Origin: a bacterium
GTDB taxonomy: Bacteria; J088; JAWLBW01
Direction of reading: 5' to 3'
DNA: 64,000 bases
NCBI GenBank assembly: GCA_041690355.1
Contig: JAWLHK010000001.1
Coordinates: 124,001-188,000, forward strand
Part shown: piece by piece, positions 19,394 through 27,753 of the stretch
How the letters are laid out: each line of letters starts with the position of its first letter
Numbering within the stretch: position 1 is the first letter of the stretch
Notes under the pieces: model-generated
Databases searched by the model: none
Told to the model about the DNA's origin: nothing
The model's input: the letters and a program-made list of their open reading frames with translations, nothing else
Translations under genes and position numbers: made by a program

Positions 19394-19595
19394 GTTTGAC
19401 TTGCTCGTGGGTCACCCACTCCGCGTTCGGATCGCGAAGGCGGCTCAAGGCGATCTCGAGATCCGCGCGTTCGGAACCGTAGAACGCCACGGCCTCCGCG
19501 ACGACGCGGCTGCGCGTCCAGCCGAGTTCTTCGGCGAGCGCGTCGATGCTCTCGGACGCCTCCTGGGTAAGGCGAAGCAGGTTCTGTTTTCGCAT
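19374..19595 (-). CDS. Cognate antitoxin (RHH/CopG-like)
   Basis: 73 aa, RHH-like N-terminus and C-terminal VTHEQVKRELL; overlaps the relE start. Confidence 0.85.
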   Translation of the reverse strand: MRKQNLLRLTQEASESIDALAEELGWTRSRVVAEAVAFYGSERADLEIALSRLRDPNAEWVTHEQVKRELLGD

Positions 19596-19673
19596 ACCCG
19601 CAGGATATCGCATGATATCCAATGTTACAAGGGGCTGGGCAGTTCGATCCTGGGCCTGGCTGCGGACCATAAT

Positions 19674-19757
19674 CCTTTTATGATAGATATATGGACCCAT
19701 CCGTCCGGAAATACCTTTTATGATAGATATATGGACCCATCCGTCCGGAAATACCTT
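19674..19757 (+). repeat. Exact 40-bp tandem duplication spanning a promoter and start codon
   Basis: ccttttatgatagatatatggacccatccgtccggaaata repeated twice. Confidence 0.95.
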
Positions 19758-20036
19758 GCCGAAATCGGAGCGCGCGGCGGTCGCGTCAGTCGGCGCGTAC
19801 TCTCGCCGGAAGAGGCCCAGCGCATGGTTCGCATCCGCGAAGCACGTCGCGCATTCCGCGAGTTCTACGCCCGGTGCTTCTGGTCATCGGCTCCGGATTA
19901 CCAGGTGGGCGCCGACGATCTCGGCTGGGTCGCCGAGCAACTACGCAGGCACGGCGGTCGGGACGCCTGGCGCGAGCCGCATATGCCCCTGACCCACACG
20001 GTTCAGGCCGCCCTCGCGCGAGCGCTTTCCGCATAA
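19731..20036 (+). CDS. Hypothetical protein, possibly a degraded antitoxin fused to a remnant of a downstream gene
   Basis: MDPSVRKYLAEIGARGG...CFWS...VAEQLRRHGG..AW; an ATGCCCCTGA junction lies near the 3' end. Confidence 0.55.
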   Translation: MDPSVRKYLAEIGARGGRVSRRVLSPEEAQRMVRIREARRAFREFYARCFWSSAPDYQVGADDLGWVAEQLRRHGGRDAWREPHMPLTHTVQAALARALSA

Positions 20037-20113
20037 TAGCCCGACACATCCTCTACCTACCTTCGGATGCGGCGGAACGCGCCCCCGCGTTTCCTGCTAC
20101 CCTGTATCCACGC

Positions 20114-21217
20114 ATGAGCACCGCCGCCGCCCCCCTTCTCCGCTTCAAGAACGCCACCGTCGACGAGATCGAGAGCGCCCTCGCGCCGCTGGGCGTGAAC
20201 GCGAAGATCGCCCGGCGCCTGCAGGCCGCCGTCTGCCGCAAGGGGCACGCCGAGATTCCCCTCGACATCCCCGAGGTGTCGCCCAAGCTGCTGCAGCGGG
20301 TGCGCGAGGTGACCGACGTGCCGCGCCTGACCTTGATCGACAAGGTCGTCTCGCCGACCGACGGGTTCGCGAAGTACCTCTTTCGCGGCGAGGGTGAGCA
20401 GCCGTTCGAGACGGTGCGCATTCCGCTGCTGCACCGGGAAGGGGACCAGAAGTACGTGCTCTGCGTGAGCTCGCAGGTCGGCTGCGCCATGGCCTGCGCC
20501 TTCTGCGCCACGGGCAAGCTGGGATTTCAGCGGAACCTGGCAACCTGGGAGATCATCGATCAGGTCCTCCAGGTGCAGGCGGATTCGGAACATCCCGTGC
20601 GCGGCATCGTCTTCATGGGCATGGGCGAACCGATGCTCAACTACGACCGCGTCATGCGCGCGGCCCGTATCCTCTCGGAACCGTCGGGGCTCGCCATCGA
20701 CGGCAAGGCGATCACGATCAGCACCGTCGGCATCGTCCCCATGATCCGCCGGTTCACGCGCGAGAAGCGGCCGTACAAGCTGGTCGTCTCGCTCACGAGC
20801 GCCGACCCGGAAACGCGCAAAACGCTGCTCCCCATCGAGAACAAGTACTCCACCGCGAACCTGCTGGATGCCGTCCGCGAGTACCATGCCGTGACCGGAA
20901 AGCGCGTGACATTTGCCTGGACGCTGATTTCCGGCGTGAACACCCGCGAAGAGGACGCGCGCCGGCTGGCGGAACTCACGCGCGACCTGCCGATCATTCT
21001 CGACATCATCGACGTGAACGATCCCACCGGGGAATTCCGCCGTCCCGACGAAGCGGAACTCAACCGCTTCCGCGATGCCCTCAACGAGCACCTCAAGCAA
21101 CCGGTCGTGCGGCGCTACAGCGGCGGGCAGGACATCGGCGGAGGCTGCGGCATGCTGGCGGGGCAACAGTCGGACGTCGGACGTCAGACGCCGGACGTCG
21201 GTGAAACAAGAGCGTGA
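20114..21217 (+). CDS. rlmN: RlmN/Cfr-class radical SAM RNA methyltransferase (divergent)
   Basis: CVSSQVGCAMACAFCATG, FMGMGEP, ISTVG and C-terminal GCG; start at ATG 20114. Confidence 0.8.
   Translation: MSTAAAPLLRFKNATVDEIESALAPLGVNAKIARRLQAAVCRKGHAEIPLDIPEVSPKLLQRVREVTDVPRLTLIDKVVSPTDGFAKYLFRGEGEQPFETVRIPLLHREGDQKYVLCVSSQVGCAMACAFCATGKLGFQRNLATWEIIDQVLQVQADSEHPVRGIVFMGMGEPMLNYDRVMRAARILSEPSGLAIDGKAITISTVGIVPMIRRFTREKRPYKLVVSLTSADPETRKTLLPIENKYSTANLLDAVREYHAVTGKRVTFAWTLISGVNTREEDARRLAELTRDLPIILDIIDVNDPTGEFRRPDEAELNRFRDALNEHLKQPVVRRYSGGQDIGGGCGMLAGQQSDVGRQTPDVGETRA
21171..21201 (+). repeat. CGGACGT heptamer array inside the 3' end of the rlmN-like ORF
   Basis: cggacgt cggacgt cagacgc cggacgt cgg. 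Confidence 0.85.
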
Positions 21218-21230
21218 GTGCCGTGGAGAA

Positions 21231-21326
21231 GCGCTGAGCGCCGAGCGCCAAGCGCAGACCCAGGCAGAAACTGAGTTCTCACGTCCTTGCCGGTAAATCG
21301 TCAATCGTAAATCGTCAATCGTCAAT
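21231..21326 (-). repeat. Composite heptamer element copy C (minus strand)
   Basis: Minus strand: attgacg attgacg atttacg attgacg attt, 39 nt spacer, gcgcttg gcgctcg gcgctca gcgc. Confidence 0.9.
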
Positions 21327-21351
21327 TTTCCCGGGTGCACTTCGTGCACAT

Positions 21352-21387
21352 AAAAAAACCCCGCCAACCTAGGATCGACGGGGTTTC
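21352..21387 (-). terminator. rnpB terminator
   Basis: Minus strand gaaaccccgtcga-tcctagg-ttggcggggttttttt. Confidence 0.8.
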
Positions 21388-21755
21388 GACTCGGCCTGTA
21401 AGCCGGATTCTGTATCCCCCCTTGCGAGGGGCGATGATCATTCCTCTAGGCCGACGATTGCTCGGCGGCTCCAGCAACCTACCCGGGAACTTCGGCCGGG
21501 CCGGCCTCAAACGTTCCCCTATTTGGTCTTGCTCCGGGTGGGGTTTACCTGCTCCGACGTGTCTCCACGCGGATTGTGAGCTCTTACCTCACTCTTTTCA
21601 CCCTTACCTCCCGCCGCGAACGGCCGAAGGCGGTATCGTCTCTGTGGCACTTTCCCTCGGGTCACCCCGGGTCGGCGTTAGCGACCACCCTGCCCTGCGG
21701 AGTCCGGACTTTCCTCTCCCCTCCTGACGGAAGGCAGCGATCACCCGGCCAAGTC
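21388..21755 (-). ncRNA. rnpB: RNase P RNA (type A)
   Basis: Minus strand GAGGAAAGTCCGGACTCC, GAAAGTGCCACAGA, GTAAACCCCACCCGGAGCAAG and ACAGAATCCGGCTTA; 5'/3' P1 pairing gacttggcc/ggccgagtc. Confidence 0.97.
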
Positions 21756-21825
21756 TGTTGATCATGGTAGCATGGCCGCCCCCGTGCCGCAGGGTTTGGG
21801 GGTCGGAACATGGGTCGTCGGGCAC

Positions 21826-21842
21826 CGGACGTCGGACGTCGG
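21826..21842 (+). repeat. Short CGGACGT heptamer array upstream of rnpB
   Basis: cggacgt cggacgt cgg. Confidence 0.6.
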
Positions 21843-21868
21843 TTCGAAAAGAACCCCGACACGACGGC

Positions 21869-21920
21869 TTGACGCCCGGTGCGGTTGCCTGTATTCTTTA
21901 TTTAACCAATATGTTTAATA
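21869..21920 (+). promoter_or_regulatory. Promoter and autoregulatory operator of the ArsR-SRPBCC operon
   Basis: TTGACG-17 nt-TATTCT; imperfect palindrome tatttaaccaatatgtttaata overlapping the ATG. Confidence 0.7.
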
Positions 21921-22261
21921 CGAACAGCCATAACGGTCCGGACCGATTGAGCCTGACGTTTTCGGCACTGGCCGATCCGACACGACGCGCCATCCTTGCG
22001 CGGTTGTCGCAAGGCGAGGCTTCGGTGACCGAGCTCGCCGAGCCGTTCGCGATGAGCCTCCCGGCCGTGTCGCGTCACCTCAAGGTGCTCGCCCGGGCCG
22101 GCCTGGTACACCAGGGGCGCGACGCGCAGTGGCGCCCCTGTAAGCTCGAGGCCGCGCCGCTCAAAGAAGCCAACGACTGGATTGAGCAGTACCGGCGGTT
22201 CTGGGAACAGAGCTTCGACCGCCTCGAGGCATACCTCACCGAGTTGCAGAACAAGGAGTAG
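21911..22261 (+). CDS. ArsR/SmtB family regulator
   Basis: FSALADPTRRAIL, ELAEPF.MSLPAVSRHLKVL..AGLV, AQWRPC. Confidence 0.92.
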   Translation: MFNTNSHNGPDRLSLTFSALADPTRRAILARLSQGEASVTELAEPFAMSLPAVSRHLKVLARAGLVHQGRDAQWRPCKLEAAPLKEANDWIEQYRRFWEQSFDRLEAYLTELQNKE

Positions 22262-22265
22262 AACC

Positions 22266-23204
22266 GTGGAAAACCCGAACTTCGAAACCATCGTACGGGG
22301 ACGCGAAATCCTGCAATCGCGCGTCTTCAATGCGCCCCGCGCCCTGGTCTGGAGGGCGTGGACCGAGCCCGATCATGTCGCGCGCTGGTGGGGCCCTGAC
22401 GGCTTCTCGACCACGAACCATGAAATGGACGTGCGACCGGGAGGCACGTGGCGTTTCATCATGCACGGCTGGGGCCGGGATTATCCCAATCGCATCGATT
22501 ACGACGAGGTCGTGCCGTTGGAGCGCCTCGCCTACCGTCACGGCGACGGTGAAACAGAGCACTTCAAGGTTACCGTGCTCTTCGAAGACCTCGACGGCGC
22601 GACCCGCGTGACCATGCGCTCGCTGTTCCCCACCGAAGAAGCCGTCGAGTACGTCGTGCGGAATCACAACGCGCTCGAAGGGGGACGCCAGACCCTCGCG
22701 CGGCTGGATGGCTACCTCGCGCAGATGCGCCCGCCCGCCGGACCCCAGGATTCAGACGAAGGCCGCGAACTCATCGTCACCCGCACCTTCAGCGCTCCGC
22801 GCGCGCTGGTCTTCGAAACGTGGGCGAAACCCGAACACATCGCGCGCTGGTTCGGCCCGCTCCCCTACTTCATCAAAGTTCTGGAGATGAATTTCCGGCC
22901 CGGCGGACGCTACCGGTTCATGATGTGCAATCCGGACGGAAGCGACCTGCACCCGTTCGGCGGCGAGTACCGGGAGATTGTCGAACCCGAACGCATTGTC
23001 ATGACCGACGCGTTCGAAAACCCCGGCTCGTCAGTGATGCTCTGGACGGTTACGTTCGCCGAGAGCGCCGGCCGGACGACGCTGACCGTCCACGTCCGGT
23101 TCGAGTCGGCCGCCGTGCGTGCCGAGTACATCAAGATGGGCATGCAGGAAGGGCTCACGCAGGCCATCGATCAGATCGACGCCGTCCTCACATCGCTCTC
23201 GTAG
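22266..23204 (+). CDS. Double SRPBCC/AHSA1-domain protein
   Basis: Two repeats of R.F.APRALV..W..P.H..RW.GP; GTG start with AAGGAG SD. Confidence 0.9.
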   Translation: MENPNFETIVRGREILQSRVFNAPRALVWRAWTEPDHVARWWGPDGFSTTNHEMDVRPGGTWRFIMHGWGRDYPNRIDYDEVVPLERLAYRHGDGETEHFKVTVLFEDLDGATRVTMRSLFPTEEAVEYVVRNHNALEGGRQTLARLDGYLAQMRPPAGPQDSDEGRELIVTRTFSAPRALVFETWAKPEHIARWFGPLPYFIKVLEMNFRPGGRYRFMMCNPDGSDLHPFGGEYREIVEPERIVMTDAFENPGSSVMLWTVTFAESAGRTTLTVHVRFESAAVRAEYIKMGMQEGLTQAIDQIDAVLTSLS

Positions 23205-23277
23205 CGCCAAGGCTTCGCGCGGACGTTCCCGGGTGGCCCGGCCGCGGCCGGGCCACCCGGGATTCCAGCGCGTACGT

Positions 23278-24975
23278 TCAGCGTCGGCTCAGCTCCCGAT
23301 CCATCGCCAGCGCCGCGTCTTCGGCGCGGTGCCCGTCATCGGCCGTCACGAGCGGCGCCAGGTCGCGGGCGCACCAGCGGCGCGCCACCGCCGCCGTGCG
23401 GCCGTCCTGCTCTTCGCGCAGGCTCCATTCCGCATGATCCAGCAGCTGGCTCGCCGCGTAGGTCCGGGCGAGGCTGAAGGCGAAGGCGCGCGCCCCCGCC
23501 TGCAGGGAGTCGAGACCGCCCGCCAGCGCCTGCGGAAGCCAGGCTTCGATGCGGTCGACCGCTTCGAGAACGCGCGCGGCGGAATCGCGCAGGTCGGGAT
23601 GCGAGATGGCCCGCAGCCGCTCGCGCATGTCCTTCACGAAGGGACCGAACGCGTTCTCCTTCTCGATGGCCCGCAGGGTATCGAGGGCGAGCACGTTGGT
23701 CGTCCCCTCCCAGATGGAGAGCACCTGGCTGTCACGCAGCAGGCGCGGGAGCCCCGTATCTTCCACGTAGCCGGCGCCGCCGAAGCACTCGAGTACTTCG
23801 CTCGCCGAAGCGCTTGCCTGCTTCCCCGTGTACAACTTTGCGATCGGCGTGAGCAGACGCAGGATGGCCGACTCGTCTTCGGTCGCCGTCCCCATCTCGT
23901 CCTTGCCGAGCAGCTCGATGAGGCGGAACGTGAGGTGGAAGGCGGCTTCGTATTCCACCTGAAGCTCGGCGAGCGTGGCCACATGGGCGGGCTGCTCCGA
24001 GAGCCGCTTGCCGAAGGCCACGCGCCGGCCGGCGTAATCGCGGGCGAGGGCCAGGCCGCGGCGCATGTAGCTGACCGCGCAGCAGGCGTTGTACATGCGG
24101 GTGATGTTGAAGAGCGAGGCGATCTTGCGCACGCCGTGCCCTTCGCCGCCGACGAGCACGGCGCGGGTGCCGTTCAGCGTCAGCTCCGCCGTCGGCAACG
24201 CCTTGGTGCCGAGCTTGTCCTTGAGCCGGTGCACCGTAATGTTGTCGAGGCGCCCCTGCTCGTCGCGCAGCTCCAGATAGAACAGGCTGAGCCCGCGGCT
24301 CCCCTCCGGCGCGCCTTCGATGCGCGCGAGCGTCATGGCCATCTGCGAGGTCGTGGCCGAGGTGAACCATTTGGTACCGTACAGGCGGTAACCGTCGCCG
24401 TCCTTCTTCGCGATCGTCGACGTGCCGCCGACATCCGAGCCGCCCGTGCGTTCAGTCATCCACTGGCCGCTGGTCCAGAATTCCTGTGGGTCGCGCGAAG
24501 TGAGATTCTTGTAGGCGCGCTGCTTCATGGCCTCGTCGCCGTAGAGCTCGATGGCGCGCGCGGCCCCGTCGGTCATGGCCAGCGGGCAGGTGTAGATGGC
24601 GGAAGGGGGATTGAAGAGATAGATCCGCGCGAACTGGTGAACGCGCGAAAGGTCCCCTTCCTTGCGCTCGTAGCCCGTCGCCACGATACCCTCCTCGGCG
24701 GCCACGCCGTCGAGCCGCTTCCAGGCGTCGGAGACCTCGATGTGATCGATGCGCCGCCCCCAGGGATCGTAGGGAACGTGCTTCGGCGGATTCGCCTCGG
24801 CGATGTCACCCATCTGCTGGATATCGGTCACGGCGCGCCCGCCGAGGTGGCGCAGGCCGGGTTCGATGGCGGCGAGCTTCTCCTTGCCGAAACGGCGCAG
24901 CAGGTACGACCGCAGCACGCGGTCTTCGTCATACTGGTTCCCCAGTCGGGGGGCGTCCTGAAAGAATTCGCTCAT
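23278..24975 (-). CDS. Acyl-CoA dehydrogenase (AidB/ACAD11-like subgroup)
   Basis: CPLAMTDG, WMTERTGGSDV, LKDKLGT, ECFGGAGY, IWEGT; start at ATG 24975. Confidence 0.92.
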   Translation of the reverse strand: MSEFFQDAPRLGNQYDEDRVLRSYLLRRFGKEKLAAIEPGLRHLGGRAVTDIQQMGDIAEANPPKHVPYDPWGRRIDHIEVSDAWKRLDGVAAEEGIVATGYERKEGDLSRVHQFARIYLFNPPSAIYTCPLAMTDGAARAIELYGDEAMKQRAYKNLTSRDPQEFWTSGQWMTERTGGSDVGGTSTIAKKDGDGYRLYGTKWFTSATTSQMAMTLARIEGAPEGSRGLSLFYLELRDEQGRLDNITVHRLKDKLGTKALPTAELTLNGTRAVLVGGEGHGVRKIASLFNITRMYNACCAVSYMRRGLALARDYAGRRVAFGKRLSEQPAHVATLAELQVEYEAAFHLTFRLIELLGKDEMGTATEDESAILRLLTPIAKLYTGKQASASASEVLECFGGAGYVEDTGLPRLLRDSQVLSIWEGTTNVLALDTLRAIEKENAFGPFVKDMRERLRAISHPDLRDSAARVLEAVDRIEAWLPQALAGGLDSLQAGARAFAFSLARTYAASQLLDHAEWSLREEQDGRTAAVARRWCARDLAPLVTADDGHRAEDAALAMDRELSRR

Positions 24976-24979
24976 GGGT

Positions 24980-25609
24980 TCACCTTGTGGCCAGGATGGA
25001 ATGGCCGCATGCGCCAAGCACGCGGCGAATGGTCTCGGTTTCAAGTCGGGAAGGAGGAAGTTCGGCGACAGCGTCTCCGCGGCGGGCGAAGGCGCGGATC
25101 ATGATTTCAATCAGCATGCCGAGAACGGCGGCGGCGGTCACCTCGGCGTTCTGGAGCGGAAAGAGGCCCTGCGCTTCGCCCCGGCGGATGGCGGCCGCCA
25201 GGTTGTCGCTGTGTTTCCGGTGATAAGCCAGCTTGGCCGCCTCGAGGCGCTCGTCGCGGTCCATGCGCTCGAGCAGAAGGAACAGCGTCATGCCGGGATT
25301 CCGCCGGGCGCGCTGGAGCGCCACGCGGATGGCGGCGGCGATGGCCTCGGCCGCATCCGCATGTTTCTCGAGCGCCTCCTGCAGCGCGTCGAGTTCGATC
25401 TGCGCGCGGACCTCAAACAGGGCGAGCACGAGATCGGCGCGGTTGCGGAAGTAGGTATACAGGCTGCCCACGGCGAGTCCCGCGCGCGCGGCCACGGCAT
25501 CCATCGACAACGGCGTCTCTTCCTTGACGAGGCGCGCGGCGGCGTCGAGGATCAAGGCGCGGGTGCGCTCTTTCTTCTCGAGGATGCGGGGGGTTTCGCG
25601 GTAGGCCAT
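24980..25609 (-). CDS. TetR family regulator
   Basis: N-terminal HTH SMDAVAARAGLAVGSLYTYF. Confidence 0.9.
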   Translation of the reverse strand: MAYRETPRILEKKERTRALILDAAARLVKEETPLSMDAVAARAGLAVGSLYTYFRNRADLVLALFEVRAQIELDALQEALEKHADAAEAIAAAIRVALQRARRNPGMTLFLLLERMDRDERLEAAKLAYHRKHSDNLAAAIRRGEAQGLFPLQNAEVTAAAVLGMLIEIMIRAFARRGDAVAELPPSRLETETIRRVLGACGHSILATR

Positions 25610-25611
25610 TG

Positions 25612-25645
25612 CAGTCTTCAGTCGTCAGTCTTCAAGTTGTCAGTC
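25612..25645 (+). repeat. CAGTCTT heptamer array abutting the TetR start
   Basis: cagtctt cagtcgt cagtctt caagttgt cagtc. Confidence 0.8.
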
Positions 25646-25660
25646 CCGGATCGGAAACAT

Positions 25661-25674
25661 TGAACCTTGGTTCA
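25661..25674. promoter_or_regulatory. Candidate TetR operator
   Basis: Inverted repeat TGAACC-tt-GGTTCA upstream of the tetR-ACAD operon. Confidence 0.65.
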
Positions 25675-25713
25675 GACCATTGTGCTACGGGAGCGCCCCG
25701 AAGTCAAACAGGT

Positions 25714-25770
25714 ATCTGCCATCGGCGAGCTGCCATCTGTCATTCCTGAAGCGATTTGCCATCTGCCATT
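25714..25770 (+). repeat. ATCTGCC heptamer array
   Basis: atctgcc atcggcg agctgcc atctgtc ... atttgcc atctgcc att. Confidence 0.75.
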
Positions 25771-25792
25771 CCCGCAGGGTTATGCTGTAGGG

Positions 25793-27169
25793 ATGCCCGA
25801 CGAGCGCAGAAAGGAGCGGCAGAGTCAGGATTATTACGCCCTGCTCGAGGTGCGCCCCGAGGCGTCGCCCCAGGAGATCCGCGCCGCCTTCCGGCGCCTG
25901 GCGCTCACCGTGCACCCCGATCACTCGCGCGAAGCCGACGCCGCAGAACGCTTCCGCGCCCTCAAGGAAGCCTACGAGGTTCTGCGCGTCCCCGAGCGCC
26001 GCCGCGCCTATGATGAAGTGCGCATGTTCCGCGGGCGGCCGCGAAGCCGGAAGCGGAAGATCGGACGCGAAGCCCTGAGCTGGGTCGAGAACTTCTTCAT
26101 CCAGGCGGGCGGCATCGAGGCCGAGGGCCCCGCCGTCGGATCGCTCCGCCGCTTCACCCCCGAAGACCTCGATGCCATCTGGCACACGATTGCAAGCCGC
26201 CTGCAGGAGCGCGGCAACATTCGCCAGACCATTCAGCAGTTCGACCTCCTTTTCCACTACATCGGGCGCCATGCCGAACTGTCGCTGCCCGAGGATGCGG
26301 CAGAGCGACTGCAGGAGAAACGCGAACGCCTCGAAGAGTTCGCACAGATTTGTCGCTCGGGGCGCTTCTCCTGGGACCGTTCGACGACGTCTCTCGAAGA
26401 CCTCATCCGGCGCCGGCGCTACGAAGACGCGCGGGGGCGCCTGCTCTGGCGCGCCGCCCATCGCCTGGCCGACCGGCTTACGACGACCGACCTCTTTCAA
26501 CCCGTTGCCGGAGACTGGGCGCCGCTGCAGGAGCTGTCGCTGGTCGACCGGCTCGAAGCCGTCGAAACGGGAATGGAATCCGCGGGCCGCTCGCTGGGCC
26601 ACGGCTACACGGCCTGCCGGCGCTGCAGCGGCTGGGCCATGGCCTGGGGCGTCGGCCTCCCCCGCTGCATCCGCTGCGGTTCCGTTCGTTTCGTTCTGCG
26701 TCCGCGCGACGAGCGCGACGACATTCTCGAACGTCTGCTCGGACGGCGCGTACACCGCTTTTCAGCCGGCGAGAACCGGCGGCGGCGTGCCGCGCAGCTC
26801 GGTCTCGAGCGCTGGATCTGGGCGCCGCTGTTTCTGACCCTCACCTTTCTCTTTCCCTTCGTCTTTCTGTTCGCGGGGAGCGGAGCACTGCCGATCTGGC
26901 TTCTCCTCGCCGGCTGGGGGGCGTGGTTCGACGCCGCGTGGACGCAGGGCGACCCGCGGATGCGCGACACCGACATCCTTTTTCCCGACGAGTGGGATAT
27001 CGCCCGGCGCGTCTTCACCTTCGCGGGAACGTTCGCGGGCATTCTGCTCGCCACGGCAGCCCTCGCGCTCGCCATGGCCGATTGGTGGGGCTCGGCCGTA
27101 CTCGGGGGTGTGCTCGCCGCCCTGGCTTTCGGCGCCCCTTCGATCCGGCGCTCCGCAGAACAACGGTAG
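25793..27169 (+). CDS. J-domain protein with Zn-ribbon and C-terminal TM helices
   Basis: DYYALLEV...HPD...F..LKEAYEVL; CRRC...CIRC; about four hydrophobic segments. Confidence 0.8.
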   Translation: MPDERRKERQSQDYYALLEVRPEASPQEIRAAFRRLALTVHPDHSREADAAERFRALKEAYEVLRVPERRRAYDEVRMFRGRPRSRKRKIGREALSWVENFFIQAGGIEAEGPAVGSLRRFTPEDLDAIWHTIASRLQERGNIRQTIQQFDLLFHYIGRHAELSLPEDAAERLQEKRERLEEFAQICRSGRFSWDRSTTSLEDLIRRRRYEDARGRLLWRAAHRLADRLTTTDLFQPVAGDWAPLQELSLVDRLEAVETGMESAGRSLGHGYTACRRCSGWAMAWGVGLPRCIRCGSVRFVLRPRDERDDILERLLGRRVHRFSAGENRRRRAAQLGLERWIWAPLFLTLTFLFPFVFLFAGSGALPIWLLLAGWGAWFDAAWTQGDPRMRDTDILFPDEWDIARRVFTFAGTFAGILLATAALALAMADWWGSAVLGGVLAALAFGAPSIRRSAEQR

Positions 27170-27252
27170 CCGGTGCCGCAAATTCGGGCGGACTGCGGAA
27201 AGCTGCAACGGCGCGCCCGACAATTGCGTTTGTCTCTCCGGGGCGCGCGCTC

Positions 27253-27268
27253 TGGCACCGATTTTGCA
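27253..27268 (+). promoter_or_regulatory. Sigma54 (-24/-12) promoter
   Basis: TGGCACCGATTTTGCA with canonical GG-N10-GC spacing, 13 nt before the ATG. Confidence 0.75.
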
Positions 27269-27281
27269 ACCCAGGGCGGGC

Positions 27282-27674
27282 ATGAAAAACATTCACCCCC
27301 TTTTCGAATCCTTTCTGACCGGCCTCTCGCAGCGGCTGGGCGTCGAGAGCTGCGCCATTTTCCGCTTCGATAGCGAGCGTAACGTGCTGCGGCTCGAAGC
27401 CGCCTGCGGGGCCGCCCCGGACACAGCTGCAGAACTTCCCGTCACGACGGGCCCGCTTGGCGCCGCCGTGCGCTCGGGGCGCATCGTCACGGTTCCGCCG
27501 CCGGCCGGGACGGCCGCCCACATACTGATTGCCATCCCACTTCTCGTCGGCGACTCGGTGGTCGGCGTGCTCGCCCTCGCCTGCCGGGCGACCGATCGCG
27601 CCTTCCGCCGCGTTGCGCGGCGCCTCGGCGGCAAACCGCCCCGGGCGCTGCAGGAGCTCCACTCGGCCGCATGA
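27282..27674 (+). CDS. Stand-alone GAF-like domain protein
   Basis: CAIF.FD.....L.L.AA.G, G..G.AVRSG, IAIPLL.G..VVGVL. Confidence 0.65.
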   Translation: MKNIHPLFESFLTGLSQRLGVESCAIFRFDSERNVLRLEAACGAAPDTAAELPVTTGPLGAAVRSGRIVTVPPPAGTAAHILIAIPLLVGDSVVGVLALACRATDRAFRRVARRLGGKPPRALQELHSAA

Positions 27675-27753
27675 CGCGGGCGCAACGCTTCCGGTAGAAT
27701 GTCTGTTTGCGCAGACGCAGGCTCAATGTCGGCGCCGACCCGAACAGGTATTC

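Noticed and set aside
19209-19730. Upstream extension of ORF 19209-20036
   Set aside because: It is antisense to relBE and open only through the 40-bp duplication. The plausible start is 19731.
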